A stretch of DNA of 64,000 nucleotides. It comes from an uncultured Gammaproteobacteria bacterium. GTDB taxonomy: Bacteria > Pseudomonadota > Gammaproteobacteria > Pseudomonadales > Halieaceae. Positions 24,217 to 32,871 of the stretch are shown here, in pieces; within the stretch, counting starts at the first letter, position 1; each line of letters begins with the position of its first letter. The stretch is from the NCBI GenBank assembly GCA_902519405.1, contig CABYJX010000001.1, positions 38,822 through 102,821 of the forward strand. The letters run 5' to 3'. The notes under the pieces were generated by a model. It saw nothing but the letters and a program-made list of their open reading frames with translations. It was not told the origin of the DNA and did no database searches. The position numbers and the translations under genes were made by a program.

Positions 24217-25500
24217 ATGATGGAAACTGGTAAAGGATTAGCTTCGAGACAAATAAGAAGCGTTGATAAGGGCTCTTCCGCAATTTCGGAAGACTTTTTG
24301 AACCTGCTTCGAGTTGAGGAGATATCCGGACCGGTTTCATTGTATGTACATATTCCTTTTACTCCTTCGCGTGATCTTAGCTGTGATCATGAAACAGCGG
24401 TGACCCATGACCTGGGGCAGATAGATCGGTATTTGGAGTTTTTGGAGACAGAATTCGATCTGGTAAGTCAAAGAACCGGTAAATGTTTGATTGGTGATCT
24501 CCATATCGGCGGAGGAACTCCCAACTATCTGTCCGATCCGCAGCTTGTTAGATTAGTGACAATGATCGAGTGTCGTTTCGATATTAGCGAGGCGAAGCTG
24601 TCGCTGGACGCGTGCGCGACTCGGGTATCACGGTCCCAGCTTGAGCTCCTTTATGGCTTGGGATTCACACGTATTCAGTTTGATGTGCGCGAGCTTGATC
24701 CAGCGGTACATAGCGCAATTGGACGATCTCACTCTTTTTCAATGCTCAAAGATGTTTTTGATAACGCGAGAGAAGTAGGCTTTGAATTAGTTTGTTTAGA
24801 TCTAAATTACGGCCTTCCAGGGCAAACCGTTGAAGGGATAAGAGAGACAATTAATCAATTTCAGGCACTTTCCCCTGATAGAGTGGAGCTTCTTCCATGG
24901 TCTATACGTCCTGATACCTATCAACATCAGAGGGGGATCGATGAATCTGGAATACCCTCGATCGCTGACAAGGTTGCGATGCTCTCCACAGCAGTAGATG
25001 GCTTGGAAAATTCCGGTTACACGTGGATTGGTTTGGACTGCTTCACCAAAAAAACCGATGTATTAGCAAAAGCACAACGCCGGGGAGCATTGTTTCGTAA
25101 CTGGAACGGCTACACGGATAGGGAGCAGAATTATCACTTGGGGTTTGGTGTGAGTGCAGTCAGTGATATAGGTGTTCTTAGAGTAAGAAGTCATAAGTCT
25201 TTAAGTGATTGGGAGGCTTGCTTGAGCGAGGCTTGCTTGCCAATTCAGTTGGGGATTGCTGTCTCTCCAGAAGAAGTTTTGGAGAGAAATGCAATTATGT
25301 CCCTCATGTGTAATATGAAGCTAGCCGAGTCCAACAACTATTACAAATTACCAGATGACTCTCCTGTGCTAGAGGCACTGGCGACGCAAGGGGTGGTAGA
25401 AAAAATTGGTGATCAGCTAGAAATCACGCCTCAGGGAAGGTTTCAGCTGAATCAGCTTTGGGGTGATTCAGCCCCACTGTATCGTTGGGGCGGTTTTTAG
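24217..25500 (+). CDS. HemN-like protein (oxygen-independent coproporphyrinogen III oxidase family) lacking the radical-SAM CxxxCxxC motif
   Basis: The sequence is colinear with HemN: SLYVHIPF..., HIGGGTPNYL, DLNYGLPGQT, and a HemN_C-like tail. Where HemN has IPFCxxxCxxCxC, this protein reads IPFTPSRDLSCDHE, so only one Cys is retained. Confidence 0.8.
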   Translation: MMETGKGLASRQIRSVDKGSSAISEDFLNLLRVEEISGPVSLYVHIPFTPSRDLSCDHETAVTHDLGQIDRYLEFLETEFDLVSQRTGKCLIGDLHIGGGTPNYLSDPQLVRLVTMIECRFDISEAKLSLDACATRVSRSQLELLYGLGFTRIQFDVRELDPAVHSAIGRSHSFSMLKDVFDNAREVGFELVCLDLNYGLPGQTVEGIRETINQFQALSPDRVELLPWSIRPDTYQHQRGIDESGIPSIADKVAMLSTAVDGLENSGYTWIGLDCFTKKTDVLAKAQRRGALFRNWNGYTDREQNYHLGFGVSAVSDIGVLRVRSHKSLSDWEACLSEACLPIQLGIAVSPEEVLERNAIMSLMCNMKLAESNNYYKLPDDSPVLEALATQGVVEKIGDQLEITPQGRFQLNQLWGDSAPLYRWGGF

Positions 25501-25554
25501 GGTAATTTTTCCACATCTAAAGTATAGGTATCACCTAAACCGTTATATTTGGTA

Positions 25555-26619
25555 TTACCACGCAGGGACCATTGCTACCTGATCCGGTATTTCGTTGTTC
25601 TTCGTTGGCAAGACATAGAGCCTGGCAAAGATGAAAGCTATTTTTGCTGAAAGCACTCCTCTTTTAACGAGACCTATAAGACCCCCCTGTTCCTTTGCTT
25701 CAGCTATGGCAAGATTTGCTTCCAGCAACCTGTTCAGACCCCGACGAAAACTCGGGTTATCTGTATCTAGCGTAAAGGGAAAAACTTGACGACTTATCGC
25801 CGTCGTTATTTCGAAAACCGTATAGTCATACTCTGTTGGATCCATACCGAATGCTTCATAAAGGCCAGGTCGGCTATGATCACGTATATACATCGTTGAA
25901 TATACTGCAAGAAGGAAGAATCGAATCCATAGTTTGTTGTGACCCCTCAATAACTTTGGATCGGCACGCATGATTAAAGCCAGAGCTTCTCCGTGACGGA
26001 ATTCATCGTTACACCATTCTTCAAACCAATTAAATATTGGGTGAAAACATTTCTCGGGATGCTTTTGTAAGTGTCGAAAAATAGTTATATAGCGCGCATA
26101 GCCAATCTTCTCGGACAAGTAGGTGGCATAATAAATATATTTTGGTTTGAAAAATGTATACGCTTTTTCTCTTTTTAGGAATCCCAGATCAACAGCCACG
26201 TCAAGCTGCTTCAGTGCTTTATTAATAAACCCAGCATGACGTGATTCGTCTCGTGCCATATACTTCATCGCTGCAGCGATATCGGGATTGTTGATATTTT
26301 TTTCTATATCCTTATATAGCACGCATCCTGAATACTCGGCTGTAATCGAGCTTACCAGCAAGTCTATAAATTCCTCATGTAGATCTGGATCTGACTTTAA
26401 ATTAGATAAGTCAGGGCTCATTTCTTTTCGAAAATGTTCTCGATTTATATCTCGCTCAAATTCCCGCATCATCGTGTCCCATTCAGCGCGCACAGGTTCG
26501 ATATTAAGTTTTTCGAATGCCGCATAATCGGTTCTATAAAATCGAGGCGCGAGCATTTCAGTTTTGACTGCTCTCTCGGTACTCTCGTTAATCGAATTCT
26601 GTGGTCTATTTTCACTCAT
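25555..26619 (-). CDS. acsF: Aerobic Mg-protoporphyrin IX monomethyl ester oxidative cyclase (di-iron)
   Basis: The sequence has the rubrerythrin-like ExxH pairs (ARDESRHAGF; CNDEFRHGEA) and the typical AcsF N-terminus (LAPRFYRTDY...). Confidence 0.95.
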   Translation of the reverse strand: MSENRPQNSINESTERAVKTEMLAPRFYRTDYAAFEKLNIEPVRAEWDTMMREFERDINREHFRKEMSPDLSNLKSDPDLHEEFIDLLVSSITAEYSGCVLYKDIEKNINNPDIAAAMKYMARDESRHAGFINKALKQLDVAVDLGFLKREKAYTFFKPKYIYYATYLSEKIGYARYITIFRHLQKHPEKCFHPIFNWFEEWCNDEFRHGEALALIMRADPKLLRGHNKLWIRFFLLAVYSTMYIRDHSRPGLYEAFGMDPTEYDYTVFEITTAISRQVFPFTLDTDNPSFRRGLNRLLEANLAIAEAKEQGGLIGLVKRGVLSAKIAFIFARLYVLPTKNNEIPDQVAMVPAW

Positions 26620-26656
26620 ATTACGTAAAATCCGCTAAATTCACTTAATTTTACCG

Positions 26657-26674
26657 TGTAAACTTTAATTTACT
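26657..26674. promoter_or_regulatory. PpsR-type box A in the acsF/BLUF divergent region (TGT-N12-ACT)
   Basis: The sequence is TGTAAACTTTAATTTACT. It lies 8 bp from a second box of the same pattern. Confidence 0.5.
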
Positions 26675-26676
26675 CT

Positions 26677-26705
26677 TTGAAGTGTAAACGTTAGTTGACT
26701 ATAAT
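26677..26705 (+). promoter_or_regulatory. Putative sigma-70-type promoter of the BLUF gene
   Basis: TTGAAG (26677-26682), a 17-nt spacer and a perfect TATAAT (26700-26705) lie about 90 nt upstream of ATG 26794. Confidence 0.45.
26683..26700. promoter_or_regulatory. PpsR-type box B in the acsF/BLUF divergent region (TGT-N12-ACT)
   Basis: The sequence is TGTAAACGTTAGTTGACT. It fills the spacer between the -35-like and -10 elements of the putative BLUF-gene promoter. Confidence 0.5.
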
Positions 26706-26793
26706 ACCCTCCTCAACGGGTTTTGCCAAATGTTATCAGTCTTTACGGTCCAATACACGCCGTTCTCAGTATTTAGGTTAAGAGTAAAAGTTT

Positions 26794-27273
26794 ATGAGTG
26801 AAAAATCTATTAACAAGAGAGACAGTGAATATTCAGCTGTTCCTCAAAGTGGGCCGATATTCCAGCTCACCTATGTTAGCACTCAGACACGTGCCATGGG
26901 TGCGGGGGATTTAATAGGGATGCTCAATCAGGCGCAGATTGCCAACGATCAACTTGGGATCACTGGACTCTTACTTCACAGAGAAGACTCTTTTTTTCAA
27001 ATCATTGAGGGAGATCAGGCGAGTGTTGAAGCTTTATTTAAAAAAATTGAATCTGACTCTCGCCATACTCGCGTTGAGGTTATGTTCAGAGGAGCTTCTA
27101 AGGGGCGCGAATTCCCGGATTGGAAGATGGGGTTCCTTGAACTTGATGGTATTGACGTTCGTATGCTACCAGCGTTTTCTAACTTCCTAGATGATGATGC
27201 GGAGCCCAGAAAATTCTTAAAGGCCCTTTCTCGAGGGAAGAGATTAGCTTTATTATTTAGGTCGGTCCTGTAA
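26794..27273 (+). CDS. Short BLUF-domain blue-light photoreceptor (159 aa)
   Basis: The sequence FQLTYVSTQTRAMGAGDLIGMLNQAQIANDQLGITGLLLHREDSFFQIIEGDQASVEALFKKIESDSRH has the BLUF signature, with the Tyr in LTYVS, the Gln in FFQxxEG and D.RH. A short C-terminal extension carries no recognisable output domain. Confidence 0.9.
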   Translation: MSEKSINKRDSEYSAVPQSGPIFQLTYVSTQTRAMGAGDLIGMLNQAQIANDQLGITGLLLHREDSFFQIIEGDQASVEALFKKIESDSRHTRVEVMFRGASKGREFPDWKMGFLELDGIDVRMLPAFSNFLDDDAEPRKFLKALSRGKRLALLFRSVL

Positions 27274-27438
27274 GGAGTCACCTTTCTGTAATTTGTTTTT
27301 TCTGTAACCAAATCATCCATAAGCGATACCAAAGAGACTTGAAACAAAATAATACCTGAGGTACGTTCAAGCCTTTACGCGGCTGCAGCCGTCCCGTGTC
27401 AGTTGCCTACTGAGACCTTTTTGATGGAGTAACTTACT

Positions 27439-28620
27439 TTGTCTGAATTAGAAGCTTTTCGTCATGACGTTCGTTCATGGCTTTCAGAGAATTGTCCCAA
27501 ATCCATGCGCGAAGCAGTAAAAGGCTTTGAGGACTTGTACAGTGGAGGGCGGAATCCTGAGATCTCCAACCCGGACCAGAAGATTTGGTGCGACCGAATG
27601 GCAAAGAGAGGATGGACGGTTCCTCATTGGCCCGAGGAATATGGAGGTGGAGGCCTTAATTCTGAGGAGGTTAATGTTCTTCAGGAGGAAATGCATCTAA
27701 TTGGAGCTCGTCGCCCTTTAGATAGTTTTGGTATTTCGATGCTTGGGCCTGCAATGCTTGAATTTGCAACTGAAGAGCAGAAGTTAGAGCATCTCCCCCC
27801 AATATGCAGGGGTGATATCCGATGGTGTCAAGGCTATTCGGAACCTAATGCAGGTTCGGACTTGGCTAGTTTGCAAACCAAGGCAGAGGATAAAGGAGAT
27901 CATTTTTTAATTAACGGACAGAAGATTTGGACCTCTTATGCTGATAAGTGTGACTGGATATTTTGCTTAGTCCGCACTGACAATAGTGGTACAAAGCATG
28001 AAGGGATCAGTTTTCTCTTGTTTGACATGCATCAGCCGGGTGTAACGGTGAGGCCTATAAAATTGATTAGCGGTGCGTCTCCATTCTGCGAAACCTATTT
28101 TGACAATGCATATGCGGAAAAACGAAATTTGGTAGGCGAAGCTGGAAAAGGATGGACGATCGCAAAATATTTATTGACTCATGAGAGAGCCATGATCTCC
28201 AGTTTTGGAACAGTGCAGGGAAAATCTTTAGGCGAGGGTGCAATATCTGTATATGGAAAAGATCATTCTGGTCGGATGTCTAATGGGATATTGCGACACG
28301 CTATCGCACAATATCAACTAGACGCCATGGCCTTTTCCACCACGATGTCGCGAGTTGGAGAAGAGGTCACCTCTGGTCAGGGATTAGGTGCTGCATCCTC
28401 CATATTTAAATATTATGGGACAGAACTTAACAAGCGAAGGAACGAGCTAAATCTTGCAGTCGGGGGAGAATCTGCTCTTGGCTGGGAAGGAGAGGCCTAC
28501 AAAGAAGGTGAAGTCGCCCGTGATTGGTTACGCTCCAAAGGAAACTCCATAGAGGGCGGGACCTCGGAGGTACAGTTGAATATTGTTGCAAAGCGCGTTC
28601 TTGAACTACCAAGCGAGTAG
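27439..28620 (+). CDS. Acyl-CoA dehydrogenase family protein (catalytic-type subunit)
   Basis: The start is TTG. The sequence WCQGYSEPNAGSDLASLQTKAEDKGDHFLINGQKIWTSYADKCDWIFCLVRTD is an ACAD middle-domain signature. The C-terminal SIEGGTSEVQ retains the Glu of the (Y/I)EG(T/G) motif. Confidence 0.88.
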   Translation: MSELEAFRHDVRSWLSENCPKSMREAVKGFEDLYSGGRNPEISNPDQKIWCDRMAKRGWTVPHWPEEYGGGGLNSEEVNVLQEEMHLIGARRPLDSFGISMLGPAMLEFATEEQKLEHLPPICRGDIRWCQGYSEPNAGSDLASLQTKAEDKGDHFLINGQKIWTSYADKCDWIFCLVRTDNSGTKHEGISFLLFDMHQPGVTVRPIKLISGASPFCETYFDNAYAEKRNLVGEAGKGWTIAKYLLTHERAMISSFGTVQGKSLGEGAISVYGKDHSGRMSNGILRHAIAQYQLDAMAFSTTMSRVGEEVTSGQGLGAASSIFKYYGTELNKRRNELNLAVGGESALGWEGEAYKEGEVARDWLRSKGNSIEGGTSEVQLNIVAKRVLELPSE

Positions 28621-28629
28621 AGAGATCTT

Positions 28630-29784
28630 TTGGGGCTTAATGGAATGGCATTAGTTTTAAATGAAGAACAAGTGATGTTAAGAGATGCTGCTCTAGGATT
28701 TCTATCCGAGAATGCAACTCTTTCTCACTTAAGGAAAATGCGCGACTCTGATAGCGCCTCGCCATACGACATGAATGTTTGGAAAAAGATGGTCGAAATG
28801 GGCTGGGCTGGCATTGCTATTGATGAGGGTCATGGTGGCCTTGGTTACGGCTTTAAGGGGCTTGGTATTTTATTGGAGCAAACCGGTCGACATTTGAGTG
28901 CCTCCCCGCTGCATTCGGCTATATCTGTAGGTGCTACGCTGATTGATAAGCTTGGCAATGATATACAGAAAGCCAAAATGCTGCGCGAGATTTCAAGTGG
29001 CTCTTTTCTACCGACATTAGGACTACAAGAAAGTGAAGTACACAACCCCACCTCCATTTCTACCAAGGCGGAAAAAACTTCCACGGGTTTTCGTTTGTCA
29101 GGAAATAAGGTAATGGTCATGGATGTTCACGCTTGTGATAATTTCATCATTATTGCTAGAACCTCTGGGGCCTCCGAGGATAGCGCTGGACTGACTGCAT
29201 TCTTGGTGTCTGTAAAAGCGGCAGGGGTTTCAGTTGCAAGAACACCCATGGTTGATTCAAGAAATTACAGCAGAATAAAACTTTCAAATGTTGAGGTAGA
29301 AGATTCAGATGTTCTAGGAGAAGTTGGTGGCGCCTGGGATGGACTATCTGAGACGCTGGACGTTGCTAATATTTGCTTGGCGGCAGAGCTTTTAGGCCTT
29401 TCCGAGGAAGCGTTTCAAAGAACGGTCAAGTACTTGCAGGAACGCAAGCAGTTTGGAAGTTTTATCGGATCCTTCCAAGGATTACAGCATCGAGCGGCGG
29501 AAATTTTTGCTGAGCTGGAATTATGCCGTTCTCTGGTTATGCAGGCTCTGCAGGCTATTGATGATAACTCTCATGAACTTCCACTTCTGGCTAGCGCTAC
29601 CAAGGCAAAGCTCTGTGAGGTCGCTCAAAGGACGACCAATGAAGCCATTCAAATGCATGGTGGTATTGGAATGACTGATGATTACGAAATCGGTTTTTTT
29701 ATAAAACGAGCTCGTGTACTTCAACATATTTTTGGTGACTACAACTACCATCTAGATAGATATGCACTTCTTAGCGGTTTCTAA
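28630..29784 (+). CDS. Acyl-CoA dehydrogenase family protein (probable non-catalytic partner subunit)
   Basis: The sequence is ACAD-like throughout (EEQVMLRDAA..., ERKQFGSFIGSFQGLQHRAAE..., AIQMHGGIGMTDDYEIG). The C-terminal catalytic motif reads IFGDYNYH instead of YEGTxE. The start is TTG 28630 or ATG 28645. Confidence 0.85.
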   Translation: MGLNGMALVLNEEQVMLRDAALGFLSENATLSHLRKMRDSDSASPYDMNVWKKMVEMGWAGIAIDEGHGGLGYGFKGLGILLEQTGRHLSASPLHSAISVGATLIDKLGNDIQKAKMLREISSGSFLPTLGLQESEVHNPTSISTKAEKTSTGFRLSGNKVMVMDVHACDNFIIIARTSGASEDSAGLTAFLVSVKAAGVSVARTPMVDSRNYSRIKLSNVEVEDSDVLGEVGGAWDGLSETLDVANICLAAELLGLSEEAFQRTVKYLQERKQFGSFIGSFQGLQHRAAEIFAELELCRSLVMQALQAIDDNSHELPLLASATKAKLCEVAQRTTNEAIQMHGGIGMTDDYEIGFFIKRARVLQHIFGDYNYHLDRYALLSGF

Positions 29785-29855
29785 TTTCTAAAACCGATAT
29801 GCCATAAAAAAACTGTGAATCCTTATTTAGAGGCATTTGATCGGGCGATAGATAG

Positions 29856-30197
29856 GTTGAGTCAGCATTTTATAATTACCTTGGTATTAAAGAGGCAAGT
29901 GTATTTGGATTATCTGATGAGCGGTTAGGGGAGATAGTTGCGGCAGTAGTGCATCTTAATGACAAGGTGTTATTTAATGAGGAGGATGTTAGGTCGCATC
30001 TTTGTAGGCAACTCGCCATATTTAAGCAACCAAAATATATTTTCCGGCGAGAAACACCGTTACCGCGAGTTGGTTCGCAAAAGATAGCAAAGCGACGGCT
30101 TAAAGAAGAGTGTGAGAAGTTAATTTTAGAGGCAATTTTTAAGGAGAATCAAAAATGGATCTTGGAATTAGCGAAAGGGTGGCTCCTCTACTCATGA
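29856..30197 (+). pseudogene. Remnant of an acyl-CoA synthetase (AMP-binding enzyme), C-terminal ~110 codons only
   Basis: The in-frame translation from 29856 reads ...LGIKEASVFGLSDERLGEIVAAVVHLNDKVLFNEEDVRSHLCRQLAIFKQPKYIFRRETPLPRVGSQKIAKRRLKEE. This is the AMP-binding_C domain pattern. No N-terminal adenylation domain lies upstream, where only 70 nt separate it from the previous gene. The fragment overlaps the next ACAD gene by 43 nt. Confidence 0.7.
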
Positions 30198-31372
30198 AAG
30201 TGCAAACATTTATAGAAAATAATGTGATTCCTTTGGAGGAAGAATTTCTTCGTGAAATAGGATGTGGTGACAGATGGTCATTTACAGACAGACAGACAGA
30301 AATTTTGGAAAGTATTAAGAGTAAAGCTCGAAATGAGGGGTTATGGAATTTTTTCCTAACGGAAGGTAATCAAGGCTCGGGTCTTACTACGGTAGAGTAC
30401 GCGTATTTGGCCGAAGAGATGGGGAAATGCCATATGGCGGCCGAGGCATTTAACTGTTCTGCGCCAGATACTGGAAATATGGAAGTTCTGCATAAGTATG
30501 GTTCAGAAGATCAGAGACGGCAGTGGCTACAGCCGCTTTTGGACGGTGAAATACGATCTGCATATGCGATGACAGAGCCTGGGGTGGCTTCCTCCGACGC
30601 AACTAATATTTCAACAATGGCCGAACTTATAGAGGATCACTGGGTAATTGATGGAGAAAAGCACTGGATTTCTGGCGCGGGTGATCCACGGTGCAAAATC
30701 ATGATCGTAATGGTCAAAACCGATCCAGAAGCAGCGCTGCATCAGCAGCAATCGCAGATTTTAGTGCCGATAGATTCTCCAGGCGTTGAAATCCTTCGAC
30801 CCATGACGGTATTTGGTGCTGATGATGCACCACATGGGCATATGCATTTAAAACTCAACAAAGTTCGTGTTCCTAGAGACAATATTATTTTGGGGGAAGG
30901 ACGTGGATTTGAGATTTCACAAGGTAGGCTGGGCCCTGGTCGAATCCATCACTGTATGCGCGCTATCGGTGCAGCAGAGAAGGCGTTGAAATTGCTTTGC
31001 GAGAGAGGTGTTTCTCGTACGGCATTTGGAAAGCCATTAGCTCGTTTGGGTGGTAATATTGATGTTATAGCTGACGCTAGAATGTCCATCGAACAGGCAC
31101 GACTGCTCACATTAAAGACTGCCTGGATGATGGATAATGTGGACGTGAAAGAGGCGCGCATTTGGATTTCGATGATTAAGACAGTAGTTCCAAATGCGAC
31201 AATCCGCATTATTGATGAAGCCATCCAGATGTTCGGGGGGCTGGGGGTCTCACAAGATACGCCACTCGCGGCGATGTATATGGCTCAAAGGACACTTCGT
31301 CTGGCAGATGGGCCTGATGCGGTGCATCGAATGGTAGTCGGTAGAAATGAATTAAGGCAATATCAGACTTGA
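30155..31372 (+). CDS. Acyl-CoA dehydrogenase (ACAD10/11 / FadE-like)
   Basis: AAGGAG lies upstream. The sequence contains AYAMTEPGVASSDATNIST...DHWVIDGEKHWISGAGDPRC and a C-terminal LRLADGPDAVH motif. Confidence 0.88.
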   Translation: MDLGISERVAPLLMKVQTFIENNVIPLEEEFLREIGCGDRWSFTDRQTEILESIKSKARNEGLWNFFLTEGNQGSGLTTVEYAYLAEEMGKCHMAAEAFNCSAPDTGNMEVLHKYGSEDQRRQWLQPLLDGEIRSAYAMTEPGVASSDATNISTMAELIEDHWVIDGEKHWISGAGDPRCKIMIVMVKTDPEAALHQQQSQILVPIDSPGVEILRPMTVFGADDAPHGHMHLKLNKVRVPRDNIILGEGRGFEISQGRLGPGRIHHCMRAIGAAEKALKLLCERGVSRTAFGKPLARLGGNIDVIADARMSIEQARLLTLKTAWMMDNVDVKEARIWISMIKTVVPNATIRIIDEAIQMFGGLGVSQDTPLAAMYMAQRTLRLADGPDAVHRMVVGRNELRQYQT

Positions 31373-31398
31373 GAAAAATATAAACAGGAGGAGAAGTA

Positions 31399-31863
31399 AT
31401 GGGAAGTAAAGTAGTTGCCGTTAGTGAAATGGTAAATCAGATTGGTCACAAATTTGAACCTGGCAATTGGATGACGCTTGATCAAGATCGTATTAATAGT
31501 TTTGCCGATTGCACCGAGGATCATCAGTTTATTCATGTTGATGAGGAAGCTGCAGCGCAGACGCCATTTGGCGGTACAATCGCGCACGGTTTACTTACGC
31601 TATCATCCTTAGTTAAGTTATGTGAAGAATCCAGTCTATATCCCGAAAATATAGTTATGGGTATTAACTATGGATTTAATAAGGTGCGGTTTTTAGCTCC
31701 GGTTCGAGCTGGTAAGAGGGTCCGAGCACACGTAGAAATACAAAACGTGGAGCCAAAAGACGAAAAACGATACGTAGTGACGTTGGCCATTACGGTTGAA
31801 ATAGAAAATGAGGAAAAGCCAGCGTTGGTAGCTGAATGGATGAATATGATGGTTGCTGCGTAA
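31399..31863 (+). CDS. MaoC-like (R)-specific enoyl-CoA hydratase (hot-dog fold)
   Basis: The sequence FADCTEDHQFIHVDEEAAAQTPFGGTIAHGLLTLS is the MaoC dehydratase motif. Confidence 0.85.
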   Translation: MGSKVVAVSEMVNQIGHKFEPGNWMTLDQDRINSFADCTEDHQFIHVDEEAAAQTPFGGTIAHGLLTLSSLVKLCEESSLYPENIVMGINYGFNKVRFLAPVRAGKRVRAHVEIQNVEPKDEKRYVVTLAITVEIENEEKPALVAEWMNMMVAA

Positions 31864-31911
31864 GTTGATATGTGACTATCTTTAGATTGATGTGCTGAGG
31901 ATGAAAATAAA

Positions 31912-32832
31912 ATGACAATTCGATATGACGGAAAGGTGGCCATTGTTACTGGCGCTGGTCAAGGATTAGGTCGCAGCCATGCGATAGAACTTGCAAAGCG
32001 AGGGGCGTCGGTTGTGGTAAATGATCTTGGAGGCGGGGTTGATGGTAGTGGGTCCTCTAGTGAGGCCGCCAAGAAAGTTGTCGCAGAAATTGAGGCTGAT
32101 GGTGGTAATGCCATTGCCAATGGGGCTAATGTTGCTAATTTCAATGAAGTCGAAGCAATGGTTACTCAGGCGATGGATCAGTGGGGTCGCGTGGATATTC
32201 TTGTAAACAATGCTGGAATCTTGCGTGACAAGAGTTTTAACAAAGTGACATTGGAAGACTTCCAAATAGTAGTGGATGTCCATTTGATGGGCACGGTCAA
32301 TTGCACTAAAGCCTGTTGGGAGATTATGCGCTCGCAGGAATATGGTCGAGTAGTTGTCACCTCGTCTTCTAGTGGGTTATATGGCAATTTTGGGCAGACT
32401 AATTATGGCGCGGCTAAGCTTGGCGTTGTTGGTTTGATGAATACTTTGGTTCAAGAGGGTGCCAAATATAATATTAAGGTCAACGCATTGGCCCCGACTG
32501 CTGGTACTCGTATGACAGAAGGTTTGATTGCCGAGAAAGCCTTCGATCTTTTGACACCTGAGACGGTGACGCCTGCTGTTCTGTATCTTGTCTCTGAGGA
32601 CGCGCCTAATCGCACTATCCTTTGTGCAGGCGCCGGTGCGTACTCAGTTTCAAAAATAGTGGAGACTGAGGGCATGTGGCTTTCTCCCGAAGAGCAAACC
32701 CCTGAAGGTATCGCCGCTCATTGGGACGGTATTTCCTCTCCTGAGGGTGAGAGAGTGCTTAATGCGGGTTTCGAGCAAAGTATAAAGATGGCTGCAAAGG
32801 CAGCAGACGGGTTAGGGATAAAGTTGGATTAA
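31912..32832 (+). CDS. Short-chain dehydrogenase, MFE-2 / 17-beta-HSD4-type 3-hydroxyacyl-CoA dehydrogenase
   Basis: The sequence RYDGKVAIVTGAGQGLGRSHAIELAKRGASVVVNDLGG...NNAGILRD...YGAAK resembles the dehydrogenase domain of multifunctional enzyme 2. The gene lies next to the MaoC hydratase. Confidence 0.82.
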   Translation: MTIRYDGKVAIVTGAGQGLGRSHAIELAKRGASVVVNDLGGGVDGSGSSSEAAKKVVAEIEADGGNAIANGANVANFNEVEAMVTQAMDQWGRVDILVNNAGILRDKSFNKVTLEDFQIVVDVHLMGTVNCTKACWEIMRSQEYGRVVVTSSSSGLYGNFGQTNYGAAKLGVVGLMNTLVQEGAKYNIKVNALAPTAGTRMTEGLIAEKAFDLLTPETVTPAVLYLVSEDAPNRTILCAGAGAYSVSKIVETEGMWLSPEEQTPEGIAAHWDGISSPEGERVLNAGFEQSIKMAAKAADGLGIKLD

Positions 32833-32871
32833 GTTCATTTTTGTTTACGAAAAGAAATTTTGGAGAGAAAT

